A stretch of 64,000 bases of DNA from Octopus sinensis (Eukaryota), in contig NC_043016.1 in the NCBI RefSeq assembly GCF_006345805.1, positions 16,368,001 to 16,432,000 of the forward strand. The letters are read 5' to 3'. The translations under genes and the position numbers were made by a program. Below, one piece after another: positions 40,561 through 53,731 of this stretch. The stretch's first letter is position 1, and every line of letters starts with the position of its first letter. The notes under the pieces were generated by a model. That model was given only the letters and a program-made list of their open reading frames with translations, made no database searches and was not told where the DNA came from.

Positions 40561-41117
40561 TACACTCAAGATGAGGAAAGTATTAAGGTATAACCTATAT
40601 TTTGAAAGGTAAGATGGCCCTTACTTGGAAATGGGTCGCTTTTCTTAGATTTTCACTGAGTTAATCAGGGGAGCTGGAGATATACCTGTGATACTTATCA
40701 GGCCCCTGTAGCTGGTGCAAGGAAGAAAAAAGAAGTGATCCTCCAACCAGAAAATTGGCCCAAATACACGCATTTGATTGGATTCTTCTAAAGGCATCCA
40801 TGAAAAATATGGAGATACTAATTACATATTCAGCTGAATAACCATAAGCATCCTCTTAGTCAAAGATAAAACATAATATCAATTTCTTACATTGGTACCA
40901 TATGACCAAATGAAATTATATTACCAATAGTTTTGATATAATTGCATTATCCTAGGTGTGTCCAGACTTCTGATGAGGGAAAATTACTGGAAAACTAATA
41001 AAAAGCAGCCATCTAACTGTTGTTTTTCTTTTCATTTTTACTATCTTTCTAATTTCAATAAAACTTCTAATAAACATACTGCTGAGTAAAAATGGACTTA
41101 TTCTTTACCATTTTGCC

Positions 41118-41169
<52 letters not shown>

Positions 41170-42909
41170 TCACTTTGCTGGTAGACACCTTATTGGACTC
41201 TATCTAAACTGTAATTATCTGAACTCTGAAATTAATTATTTACTTCATCAGATGCATTTTGAAAATGAATTTCTTGCTTCAGCCCAAAACTGGACAAAGC
41301 TGTTTGGTAGCAAAATTTTGTTGATTACATATTAAAATTGATAGCACTCCTATCTTATAAATGGCAATCAGATTGGTAGTAGCACATTGTCAGTGTTTCC
41401 TTGTAATGAGCATTATTACCAAAGCATTATTAAGTAGTTGGGGTAAATTCTTAATTCTGAATTGATACCTGCCTAACCTTACTCTATTAAATACCTTTCA
41501 TCCATAACTCTGCATAATTACACAAAATTAAAGTTGCTTTATATTTCCATTTTAAACAAATATAATTAATTTTGTAGGGTGCGTTGTATGCTTTCTTAGT
41601 GGGCTTTTTTAATTGTAAAAAGAGATAAATTACAGAATTTGTTTCTTTTAAGAAAGAATTTGTAATAAAAAATATCGATGGTTAGATCTGTGAGGAAGGA
41701 AGATTTTTTTAACAAAAAAATAACAATAAATAAAATAAAAATAAAAAAAGCTTAAGATTTCTAAAAGGGCTTAGAATATTTTCTTCATTCCTATAAAAGC
41801 CTGCATTTGGAAAAATCAATTTGGATGCATTTCATCCACTAGAAATTGATATTATTGTTAGCTTATTAGAATTCAGAAATAAATGGACATACGGTGCCTG
41901 GCCTTGTGACTTTGTATGATGCATGTGTGACTGTCCCTCTCAGGAGGTACCACTGATACACTCAGTATGTATATATTCTATGTATATATGTATACAGTAT
42001 GTATATATATATATATGTAAAATACTGTAAGTGGCTGTTAATGAAAGCAAAATTCAACCACATTCAACAAAACGTACCCAATATGAGAAATGCCAAGTTA
42101 AAAATATTGCTTAATGAAGATGGTTTTAAGAGAAATCTATCTGTCTTGTTCATGAGAAGATATTTACAAAAATTCTCTCAAATAAGGCAGGCAACTTTTT
42201 AAAACACTCAATTTCATCAATACATACACATATACATATGCACACGCACACACACATGTAAATGAACTCACCTTTGAACATGTATAAGTGATTTTTATGA
42301 AAAAAATGTTTTTGAAATAATCTTCCTTACCTGCCATCTCTGAAGAGCACATAGTGTAACTTAACCATGCTGTCATTTAATATTTGGTTATCTAATATCT
42401 GGTTATTACCTAGTGTGAAACGAATTGGTAAGATTGGCTGAAATCAATTTATAATGGGTGTGTGTATATATGTAAATATATATATATTTATGTATATGTA
42501 CATATGTGTGTGGGTTGTAGGTACATTATAAATATTGCTTGCATAAGTTTTGGGGAAGGTAATAAAAGCAAACTGAGAAGAAAATGAGTAATATTTACTA
42601 CTGTTACTAATGCTGCTGCTACTACTACTACTACTACTACTTCCACAGCTACTGCTAAAGGTATTGAGCAAGTTGATCAGCTGGCTACCCAATTAGAAAA
42701 CGATATGCATTTCTGTATATTTCTTTCGTGACAAGGGAAAGCATCATTGTCAAGCTACTTTCTAAAGTTTTCCTCTTTAAGGAAAAACAATAATAATTTA
42801 TCGTTATTAAAAGAAATTATCATTATTATTTTATGATGTTTATTATAAATGCAGATTTACTTAAATTTTATCATTAAGTGTTCTTCAGATATGTTTGTGT
42901 ATGGATGTA

Positions 42910-42951
<42 letters not shown>

Positions 42952-43974
42952 ATTCTCAAGAGCCATTATTGTTATATTATTATTATACTCAGAATGATTT
43001 CTTTTTGTATTTTTAAAATAAATTTTTTTATTAAATTTCTGAAATTAACATTTAAAAAAATGAAAAAATAGATAATTCAATAAAATTATACAAAAAAAAG
43101 TAACTTACTAAAACAACAGCAACAACAACAACAATAACGAAAAAAAATGGTAATGAAACTGGTATCAACATGATCACAGGTGTAAAATATTTTAGAATTA
43201 TTTCTTTCATCATTGATTTTGTATTATTATTATTATTATTATTATTTTAATATTTTATTTTTAAAATTAAGTCAGCATGTATATCATCTAATCTTCAGAA
43301 TGCAGTCAAATCTCTCCATACACTGTCAAAGAACTCCCGATTTTTAAGACAATTTGTTTTTAAAAAAAAATTTTAATAAAAAAAATGGACAAACAATACT
43401 AAATAAAATATATATACTTTTTTCGAACATGGTATTTGTTTGTTGTTTTTTGAAATTATTGTTTTGTTTAATCATTTATATTTATTTTTTAAATTCTATT
43501 GTTGTCATGGTAATAATAATAACAATTGTTTCACATTTTTGGCATACGTCTAGTAATTTTGGGGAGAGGATAAGTCAATTAGATCAACCCAGTGTTAAAC
43601 CGGTACTTATTTTATCAACCCTGATGATAGGATGAAAGGCAAAGAGAACCCCAGCAGAAAAATAAAAGTAATAATAATAATCCTTTATACTAAAGGCACA
43701 AGACCTGAAGTTTTAGTTGAGAGGGGACAGTGCCCCCCCCCCGCCCCGCTTCCCTGAAAGGATGAAATGCAAAGTCACCCATGGTAGAATTTGAACACAG
43801 AATGTGAAAAGGGATGTAATGCCACTGAGAATTTGACCCAGCGTGCTAATGATTCTGCCATATTGGCTCCTTGAGTGGGTTTTCTGTATGCATGGGACTC
43901 AAACCCACATCTCTTATATTCTCAGTAAGTGTGCTAACCGTTACATCAATGTACTAAAAAAGTAATAATAATAG

Positions 43975-44185
43975 AAGGACAGCAAGCTGGCAGAATTGTT
44001 AGTATACTGGGCGAAATGCTTAGTGGTATTTTGTTCTGAGTTCAAATTCTACCGAGGTCAACTTTGTCTTTCATCCTTTTGGGTTCAATTAAAGAAGTAC
44101 CGGTTATGCACTGGGTTGATGTAATCGACTTAATCCCTTTGTTTGTCCCCTCTATATTTAGCCCCCTGTGGCCAATAAAGAAATA
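43975..44185 (+). mobile_element. tRNA-derived SINE family B
   Basis: GCAAGCTGGCAGAATTGTTAG...TTCTGAGTTCAAATTCTACCGAGGTCAACTTTGTCTTTCATCCTTTTGGG. Confidence 0.75.
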
Positions 44186-44229
44186 AATAATAATAAAAGG
44201 ACATGAAGAAGAATTACGTAAGAAGGGTC

Positions 44230-45060
44230 TACACAATCAACTCCATGTAGCCACAACAGAAGTTTCTGGAAAAAATAGGTGGGATTGGCTGATGAAAGAA
44301 ACACTGAAAAAAGAAACCAAGTGCACTATACTGGCAGTGCAACAAGACGAAGCTTTGGCTACGAACTGGAGGGTCAAACTAAGAAATGAGCAAGTGTCTC
44401 CCCTGTGCCATATCTGCAATAGAGTGGATGAAACTATTGGCCATATCACAAACGAATGCCCTACACTTGCCCAAAACCAGTACAAGTTGTAGCAACACGA
44501 CCAGGTAGAGAAAGTGCTACACTGGAAACTGCCAAAAGTGTTTGCTAAAGAGAGGCAAGATATAGTGTGAGCACAAACCACAGAGAGTAGCAGAGTCGGA
44601 GACTAGCAAAATTATCTGGGATTCCCAATCCAAATAGATGATGAGCTAGGGCATAACATACTGGACTTAATGATGGTGGACAAGGTGCACCACCATTTTG
44701 CTATATAGTTGATGTTACATACCCTTTTGACCTGCGAATATTCAAGAAGGAAGGCGAAAATATAGACAGAAACAACCCTCTTAAGTACAAAATAGCCTGG
44801 CTATGGAAAATGAAGATGAAGATAGTGCCAATTATTGTTGGGTCCTTGGGAACAGTATCCGAAGGCATCAAGAGGAATATAAAGGAAATCAGGATAGCGT
44901 TCCCAGTAGAACTTTTACAAAAGTTTTGCCTTCTTGGCACGGCCAGAATAATCAGGAAAGTATTAGCTGAAAAGAGTGAATAGAACAATACTGTAGGCTG
45001 CAGGTAGTAAGCCTGCTATGCATAAAAGATTCCAGGAGCTCCAGCAAAGACTGTAATAAA
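44230..45060 (+). mobile_element. Decayed R4/Dong-like non-LTR element, 3' part (zinc knuckle + restriction-like endonuclease)
   Basis: QDEALATN...PLCHICNRVDETIGHITNECPTLAQ...HDQVEKVLHWKL...IVPIIVGSLG...QKFCLLGTARIIRKVL, with stops; followed by (ATT)n. Confidence 0.8.
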
Positions 45061-45289
45061 GAGATGATTATTATTATTATTATCCTCTTCTTTCAATTTT
45101 GCCAAGTGTCTTCCTGACACCTAGGGTGAAGAAACTCACTGTATACATTGGTAGGCCATTAAAATAAACACCAGATTGTTAAATAATAGAGTCATGTGAT
45201 AGAGAAAAGGGGAAGAAAGACAAAGAGAAAAAGGGGAAAATAAAAAAGTAAACAAATAAAATAAAGGGGGAAAAGGAAAGAAACTTCAC

Positions 45290-45757
45290 AGTGACGATGC
45301 TCTTCTCAATACGTGTGATGTACCATTTAAGACAATCTTTTTCACTTCCTACATGGGATCATTCTTAAATGATTTTCATTTCCTTTTTTCATCATTCCAA
45401 GTGCTCCTACAATCACTGGTATTATAATCGTCTTGAGATTTCACATCTTTTCGATTTCGATTGGCAAATCTTTAATTTTCTGATCTTATCAAATTCTTTT
45501 GCCGAGATATTATAGTCACAGGGTCTTCTCATGTCAATCAATAAACAGGCTTTATTGTTTTAGTCTTTCACAACAATATCTGGTTTATTTGCTTTGATGG
45601 TCTGATCTGTACATACTGGAAAGTCCCAAAGAATAGTTACATCTTCTCTCTCAGTTACAGCCTCAAGGTGGTGCTTGTAGCATTTGTCTGCAGTTTTGAT
45701 TTTATAATGCCAACACATTATCCGGTGTAGATATTGGCCAACTCTGTCATGTCTATA
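45290..45757 (-). mobile_element. Decayed R4/Dong-like RLE-domain fragment
   Basis: Minus strand RHDRVGQYLH...VTILWDFPVCTDQTIKANKPDIVVKD...LLIDM...IPVIVGALGM. Confidence 0.8.
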
Positions 45758-45815
45758 GTCCTAGGCTAACCAATGCCTTGTCTGTGAACTTGGTAGATGG
45801 AAACTGAAAGAAGCC

Positions 45816-45867
<52 letters not shown>

Positions 45868-46533
45868 ATATATTAATCAAAATAAGGAACAAGGATTTCC
45901 GGATGTAATGTAGTACAATCGTTTCATGCAACTCCATTTAATTGAACAATGCAATCATTACATCAATTTAAAATGCAGAGCAATCCTCAACTGCACAAAG
46001 ACATAGAATTTAATTAAATTAGAACAGATGGACAAATTAGTATAATTATTCCTAAAATCTCCAAGAAGTTAAGGAGATGGACAAAGAACATACTGTCTTC
46101 ACTCCAGCATAGAAGTTCATCAAACCACACGTATGTGTTTGCCTACATCTTCATAGATACTTGTATGAGCAAGTGTACATATGCCGTGCAGCTAGCATGA
46201 GGGCATTTATACGTCCATATCTTTTAACAGTTATTTTTAATACTTTTCTCTCTGTATTGTGTGTTCATTTCTTTTTTGCATTTGTTATTATATTTTTGAT
46301 CTTTCACATAAATAAAAAAAAATGTCCTTTAATTTGCTGTTTCTCTTTACATGAAATGAGAAAACACATTGCAGAACTGTTATTTTAATGAGTTGTATCT
46401 ATTTATCACCCAAAAAGACACATCTACTCCATACTCTTGAACTAGTTGTTATGTGTCCCACCCATGTGGGAATGATGCTAGATGTGTCAAAACAATTGTC
46501 GTGATTAATAAAAATTCTCATATCTTCAATCAT

Positions 46534-46570
<37 letters not shown>

Positions 46571-46705
46571 AGGTAATGGTGTCATTGAGACCCAGAGGTG
46601 TCAGGTAATGCTGAATAAGTGCTATAGACAGACCATAGTTAAGTTCCAGATTCGGTAATATTGCAGATAAATGGTTCAGTGTTGGTTCTATGTCAGCGTG
46701 TGTAT

Positions 46706-47125
46706 ATAAGAATTTTTTGCATAATGAGATAAAAAAAACCAAGGCTGTATAGATATTAGAGCATTTATAGATAGAAGGTCTTACAGCTGTTTCTAGGATA
46801 TTAATTAATAATATCCCTTCATCGGAGATGGTGTGAGAGGAAAAATTAAGTCATAGTTAGTTTCAATGTGATACAAAATAGAGAGTGAGGTGGAGGAAAG
46901 AAAATAGATGCAAGATATGTATGGGTATTGAAGTTGTAAATCCATTTTTAGGCATAGTGGTATATATGCAATATTCCAATATCCTTTGAGTAAAATCCAA
47001 AAGTCCAACAGAGTTTAGTACGAGTCCTTCCAAATATAGAGTTTATAAGCAATGTAAGATTCCCTTAGGAGTGAGATCCAGTAGATTTTTAAGCTTGGTC
47101 ATTCCCAGTAGGGAATTTATATAGA
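46706..47125 (-). mobile_element. Penelope-like terminal-repeat remnant with minimal hammerhead core (sister of 25900-26312)
   Basis: Minus strand TCT-CCGATGA(46825-46819)-GGATATT/AATATCC stem II-GAAACAGCTGTA-AGA. Confidence 0.65.
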
Positions 47126-47809
47126 GTGTTGCAGATTCAAGGTTTGTATTTAAAATGACCTAGAAATAGGGAGTGTATTGGTCTGGTTAAATTGAAAACA
47201 GGAAGAGAGGAATGAAATAAAGAGAAAAGAAAGGGGAAAAAAAGGAAGAAAGAATGAAAAAGAAAGGAGAGAGAAGATTAGCAAAAATAACAAAATAATA
47301 AAAAGTAAAAAATAAAGAATAAAACCCTGAAGATAGGAATAAAGGGAATAAAGAAAAAAGAAAAAAGTAAAATGAAGATATAGATCAGTCATCGGAGATA
47401 TTTTGAAAGAAGGAGTAGGGATAGAGAAAGAAAGGTATTATAGTGTAAAAGATAGAGGAAGGGGGGTTAAGAGGTGGTGGAAGGACCAATGTGTAGTAGT
47501 GACTTCTAATTGTGAGGCAAATATATGAAGAATTAAGGAAAGAGCAGTGTTTAGAAGTCTGAGAAAAAATATGTAAAGATGTATATACATGTATATATCA
47601 GATAAGTTACATATACGATCCTTATTTGCATGCGTATGCCCTCATATACGCTCATGTCTATATACCTTGCATGTGTGCATATGTTTACATATACCCACAT
47701 GCATGCATATATGCATACCCTCACTCGTACATATGTACGCACGCATGGGTGTGTGCACATACATACGAAAATATTCAGATGGTTGTATATGTGAGAAACT
47801 AGAGAGGGA

Positions 47810-48390
47810 TTATGAGTTAGAGTGTAAATTAATAGGTTAATGGGATTACCTAAGAATTATTGCGGAAATGTACTGTATGGTCATTCTGGCATTTGGATTT
47901 GTGGTAGAATTTAAATGTGTGATAAAAGTGGTGGTTGCATGTGCTTAGTGCCTCGTTATGTTTATTAAGCAGCGTTGGAGAGTTGTGCTTTAATATTTGG
48001 AGTTCCTCCTTCAGGCAAAGCTTGCAGATTGAGCGTTGACCTTGGTAGGGAAGTCCTGAGTCCAGTATGGACCATGATAGAGTATAGGGTATATTTACAT
48101 TTTTGAGATGACGTATGTGGTTGGCAAGTGTTGTAGATTTACTATGTTTATCGTAACTAAAAGAGTGGAGATGAGTGGCATAGTTTTGTTGATCCTATGT
48201 ATATGGCTGTAGAGTTGTGTAATAGGTTAAGGACTGTGCATTTGTAGATTACATTATGTCTTCTGCAATGGGTTTGTAACAGGCAGGTGGTTCCAGGACA
48301 GCAATTACAATTAGGTGAATTTTGATGACCGTGTTCGGTAACAGAAGAGGTAGTATCATCAGAAGAGAGGTTATAGAAGGTGGTGAAAAT
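47810..48390 (-). mobile_element. 5'-truncated Naiad-like PLE: GIY-YIG endonuclease and C-terminal Zn-binding tail, frameshifted
   Basis: Manual minus-strand translation (absent from the ORF track): NCNCCPGTTCLLQTHCRRHNVIYKCTVLNLLHNSTAIYIGST, then STTLANHIRHLKNVNIPYTLSWSILDSGLPYQGQRSICKLCLKEELQILKHNSPTLLNKHNEALSTCNH; same layout as the C-terminus of the 57251 ORF. Confidence 0.8.
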
Positions 48391-48409
48391 TTCTATATTA
48401 TTATTATTA

Positions 48410-48440
<31 letters not shown>

Positions 48441-48441
<1 letters not shown>

Positions 48442-48875
48442 TATGTTTGACTTTTGATTTATATTTGTACAAGTTGGCTCCAAGTCTCACCCAGAGACCT
48501 CAAGAGACAATAGGTTGGAAGTTCATGTTGTTGTTATGCCTAGTGTGCCATATATTTGGGGTTTTTTTTAGTTTTGTACTAGTGAATGTCTAAAAAAAAA
48601 AACATACGAAAATTTTGTTTGTTTTAAAACTTGAGATTACATAGAAAGTATTTTACGTAGGATATGAGCAGTTCCCATGAGCACTATCTTTTGAATTTCT
48701 GCCATTTTGGGGTTTCTTGGTATCTGAGTTAGGTAGCAATCAGCCCCTTTAGCTATCATTCCCAGGGCACCTATGACAACAGGTATTATTTTTGTCTTCA
48801 GGTTCCAGATTTTGCTGATTTCTATTTCCAGATCTTTATATTTGCTCAGTTTTTTTTTTATATTTGCTCAGTTTA
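48441..48875 (-). mobile_element. R4/Dong-like family B, short 3'-end copy (B')
   Basis: Visibly similar to, but diverged from, 51003-51430 (3' UTR and last RLE codons); bounded by (TTA)n. Confidence 0.85.
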
Positions 48876-48899
48876 TTTTTATTATAATTATTATTATTA

Positions 48900-48944
<45 letters not shown>

Positions 48945-48987
48945 TATTATTATAATATTATTTCATCATCATTATTATTATTATATT

Positions 48988-50929
48988 CAGTAGTTTTATT
49001 TTTATAGCGTGCTTTCACTTCACTACCGAGCGCAGCTCTGTGTGCCTTGGGTATGTGCTGTGATTTGTTGTGATGCTCTGATGGTTATTGTATGGAAAGT
49101 GTTCTGCGTAGGATGTGTGCAGTGCCTAGTAATGCAATTTTCTGTATGTTATATGTGTTTGTAAGTCCTGGTGTTTTTGTTATGTATTTGTCTGAATATT
49201 TTTTTATCATGCCTAATGCACCTACTATGATAGGAATTGTTTCTGTTTTCAGATTCCACATTCTAGTTACCTCTATTTCCAGGTCTTTGTATTTTGAGAG
49301 TTTCTCCATTTCTTTTAGAGACACGTTGTCATCTGCCGGTATTGATACATCAATTAGAAAGCATTTTTTTCTTCATGATCTCTGACAACTATATCTGGTC
49401 TGTTGGCCTTAATTTCTCTATCTGTGTGTATCGGCATATCCCAGAGTATGGTTGCTTTCTCGTTTTCTGTGACCTTTTCTGGTGTGTGCCTATATACATC
49501 TTTTTTCTGTTGTTATTCCATAATGTTGGCATAGCTTCCAATGTATGTAGGTTCCAACTCTGTCATGTCTGTGAATATATTCCTTCTTAGCCAGGACTGG
49601 GCAGCTAGAGATAATATGATTATTGTTTCTTGTCCATCTCCACATATTCTGCAGTTACTTGTAATATTTCTTTTCATTACATGTTTTTGGTAATTTCTGG
49701 TGGGGAGGCTTTGGTCTTGTGTGCTGCAATTAAAAATCCCTCTGTTTCTGCTTTGAGTCCTGAGCTTCTCAACCATTGCTGGGATTTTTCTTTGTCTATT
49801 TCTTTTGCGTTTAGTTTAGTGCAGTATTTACCATGACGGGGCTTTTCTTGTCATCGTTTTATCATGGTCCGTTGCTGTTCTATTTTTAGTTTGGATTTCA
49901 TTTGTTTTATAGCTTTTGTTGTTTCTTCATCATCTTCTTCTTCTTCTTCATGTTTATTAGGTGGTATGAATTCTTGTTTGTATTTGTCAGCTTCCTTAAA
50001 TACTGAGAACTGTTTTTTGTTTTGCTCGTGTTTTGCTGCTATCTGGATCAGTTTTCCTTCCTTCTGAAGTAGGTATTTTTGCAGTCCTATGGTGGTTATT
50101 TTATAGTAGTTTTCCAGCTGTATAAGGCCTCTACCACCTTCTATACGTTGTATATATAGTCTTTCTATGTCAGATTTTGGGTGATGCATCCTAGATCCTG
50201 TCAGTATTTTTCTTGTTTTCCTATCTATTTTGGACAGTTCATTTCGTGTCCAGTTAAGGATATTGTAGCTGTAACTTATAACTGGGACAGCTAAAGTGTT
50301 GATACCTATTATCTTGTTTTTAGCATTGAGCTCTGTTTTTAGTATTGATCTAACTCGTCTATAATATTCTTGCTTTATTTTCTCTTTCATTTGTGTGTGT
50401 TGTGTCTTATCTAGTTCATGGATTCCTAAGTATTTGTAAGTTGGGCTTTGGTCTAATTCTTTTATTTCATTGGTTTTATCTAGTGTGATGTTGTTACTCT
50501 TAACTAGTTTTCCTCTTTTCATGTTACTTTGGCGCATTTTTCTAATCCAAATTTCATATCTATTTCTTTGGTAAATCCATGAACTGTCTTTAATAGTGTT
50601 TCCAGCTGTTTGTCATTTGCAGCGTATAATTTTAGGTCATCCATATATAAAAGGTGGCTGATCGTTTTGCCGTAACATTTATATCCGCATCCAGTTCTAT
50701 TTAGCATATCAGATAGAGGTGACAGTGCCAAGCAGAAAAGGAGTGGAGAGAGCGTGTCTCCCTGGAATATTCCTCTTCTAATGGGGATGTCTTTGGTTTT
50801 CATGAGTCCCTCTTTGTTTGGAGGTGTAGGACTGTTTGCCATTTATTCATAGAGTGCTCTATGAATTTTATGATTGTTGGTGCTACTTTGTTAATGGCTA
50901 GTGTTTCGAGGATCCATGTTGGGGGATGC

Positions 50930-50932
<3 letters not shown>
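48988..50932 (-). mobile_element. R4/Dong-like family C, 5'-truncated frameshifted copy (C')
   Basis: Near-identical to 53732-55670 but with small indels; ORF pieces 50519-50842 (GIFQGDTLSPLLFC, LYMDDLKLYA), 49851-50537, 49085-49324; bounded by (TTA)n. Confidence 0.9.
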
Positions 50933-51002
<70 letters not shown>

Positions 51003-51003
<1 letters not shown>

Positions 51004-53541
51004 TATGTTTGACTTTTGCTTTACATTTACACAAGTTGGCTCCAAGTCTCACCCAGAGACCTCAAGAAACAACAAGTTGGAAGTTTATGTTGGTGTTATG
51101 CCTAGGGTGCCATATATTTGGTTTTGTACTTAGTGTTGTACTAGTGAATGTCTAAAAAAAAAACATACGAAAATTATGTTTGTTTTAAAACTTGAGATTA
51201 TATAGAAAGTATTTTGTGTAGGATATGAGCAGTTCCCATGAGCACTATCTTTTGAATTTCTGCCATTTTGGGGTTTCCTGGTATCTGAGTTAGGTAGCAA
51301 TCAGCCCCTTTTGCTATCATTCCCAGGGCACCTATGACAACAGGTATTATTTTTGTCTTCAGGTTCCACATTTTGCTGATTTCTATTTCCAGATCTTTAT
51401 ATTTGCCCAGTTTTTGGTAGGTCTTGACAGATACGTTTATATTGATTGAGACTGTCATATCAATGAGGAGGCATGTTCTTTGTCTGAAGTCTTTTACTAT
51501 GATGTCTGGCCTATTCGCGTCTATCTTTCTGTCAGTTTGAATGGTGTAGTTCCAGAGGAGTGAGATGAGATCATTTTCAAGCACTGGAGGTGGTTTGTGT
51601 TCCCACCAGTTTTTATCATGGGGCAAATCCAGGTTTTTGCAAATTACCCAGTGAATATATTGTGCTGCTCTATCATGCCTGTTGAGGTACTCTGTAGGCG
51701 CTAGAAGACTGCACTTGGAGACAACATGATCAATGGTTTCATTTTGTTGTCGGCATACACGACATGTTGGGCTACTGCCGTTCTTTAATATGTTGGCTTG
51801 GTAGTTCCTTGTCGGTAGGCATTGATCTTGAGCTGCTATAATAAACCCTTCTGTTTCAGATTTTAAGCCAGAGGCCATTAGCCATTGATGGGTCAGGGCT
51901 TTGTCAACATCTGCATTATTTGCTCTCTTTGGGTATTTGCCATTGAGAGGTTTTTCTTGCCATTTATCATTCAGAATATCTAAGGCAGCAGTTTTAGCAC
52001 GGGTTTTCATGTGCTAAGCTTTTTCTGTGCTTGTTTCTTGTATGTCTAATTCCGAAATTTGTTGTATTCGGAATTCACTTAGATATTCCTTTGCCTGTTT
52101 TGTTACTGAGTATGATGCTTTCTTGTTTTGAGACAAGTTTTAAGATCCAGTCCTCAGAGTTTTTCAGGTAGCTGTCTAGGCCAATTGTTGCTATATTCAT
52201 TGTTATTGCCAGTTGTAAAAGTCCACGGCCCCCCTCTTTTCTTGGCAGATAATGTCATTCTGTATCTGCCTTAGGGTGGTGCATTCTATGCATTGTCAAC
52301 AGTTTTCGTATTTTTCTGTCAAGATTACATATTTCACTAATTGACCAGTCAAGATTACATATTTCACTAATTGACCAGTTAATGATATTGAAACTATAAG
52401 TCACGACTGGTATGGCTAAAGTATTGATCGCTTTGATCCTGTTTCTCGCATTCAGCTCTGTCTTGAGTATTGCTCTTACTCTGCGATAACACTCTCTCCT
52501 GATCCTTTCCCTCATCACTGAATGTTTGATTCCATCCCCTTCAAATACCCCTAGGTACTTGTAGCTCTCCGCTGGTTCTAACTCTTTTATGACATTCTGC
52601 TGGTTGAGGTAAACGTTAGATGTTTCTATCATTTTTCCTTTGATAAAGGTAGCTTTTGCACATTTATCGAGGCCAAATTGCCTCCTGATGTCATCACTGA
52701 ATTGCTTAACAATCGCTAGTAAGCCCTGTAGTTGTTGGTCATTTTTCGCAAAGAGCTTTAAATCATCCATGTAAATGAGATGATTTATATTTTTATCAAA
52801 CATTTTATTTCCAAACTGTGCGTCATTGAGCAATTTTGAGAGAGGTATTAAGGCTAAACAAAAGAGGAGTGGTGATAGTGAGTCGCCCTGGAAAATGCCA
52901 TATGAAATTTTTACATCACCAGCATTTAGAGATTCATTGTCACTGTTCAAAGTTAGTGTGGTTCTCCATGATCTCATACTTATAGACAAAAAGTTTCGCA
53001 GAGTAGGTGCTATTTTATATATATCCAGACATTTCTTAATCCTGTTGTGTGGTTGACTATCAAAAGCCTTTTTATAGTATATCCAGGCTATTGATAAGTT
53101 TTTGTGTCGTTTGTGACAATCTTCTAAGATCCTCTTATTGATGAGTAGTTGACCTTTACAACCATATGATCCACGTTTACATCCTTTCTGTTCATTAGGG
53201 AATATGCTGCTGTCTGTTAAAAAACTATAGGTATATTCCGTCAGGACAAATGTTAGCGTTTTATACATAGTTGTTAAACAGGTTATGGGTTTATAGTTTT
53301 TTCGTTCATTTGTTTCTTCACTATTTGGAAGCAGGAATGTTAACCCATTAACTAGCCAAGGAGGCATCCTACTAGGGTGTTGCAAAACATCATTGTACAG
53401 TTCTGTTAGCAGTTCATGGCTCTCTGGAAAGGCATTCAACCAGAAATTAGGAATTTTATCCTTTCCTGGAGACTTCCATTTGCTTGAACTCCTGAGAGCA
53501 GATCTTACATCTTCTACCTTGATACCCTCCCACTTTTGCTC

Positions 53542-53544
<3 letters not shown>
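51003..53544 (-). mobile_element. R4/Dong-like family B, 5'-truncated, disrupted RT + RLE
   Basis: ORFs 52255-53544 (KSPGKDKIPNFW, GIFQGDSLSPLLFC, IYMDDLKLFA) and 51198-52010 (CRVC...H...C, RHDRAAQYIHW, ANRPDI...LIDM). Internal ~30-bp tandem duplication (WSISEICNLD x2). Confidence 0.92.
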
Positions 53545-53580
<36 letters not shown>

Positions 53581-53603
53581 TACTATTACTATTATTATTG
53601 TTA

Positions 53604-53647
<44 letters not shown>

Positions 53648-53667
53648 GTTGTTGTTGTTGTTATTAC

Positions 53668-53706
<39 letters not shown>

Positions 53707-53731
53707 CATCATCATTATTATTATTATTATT

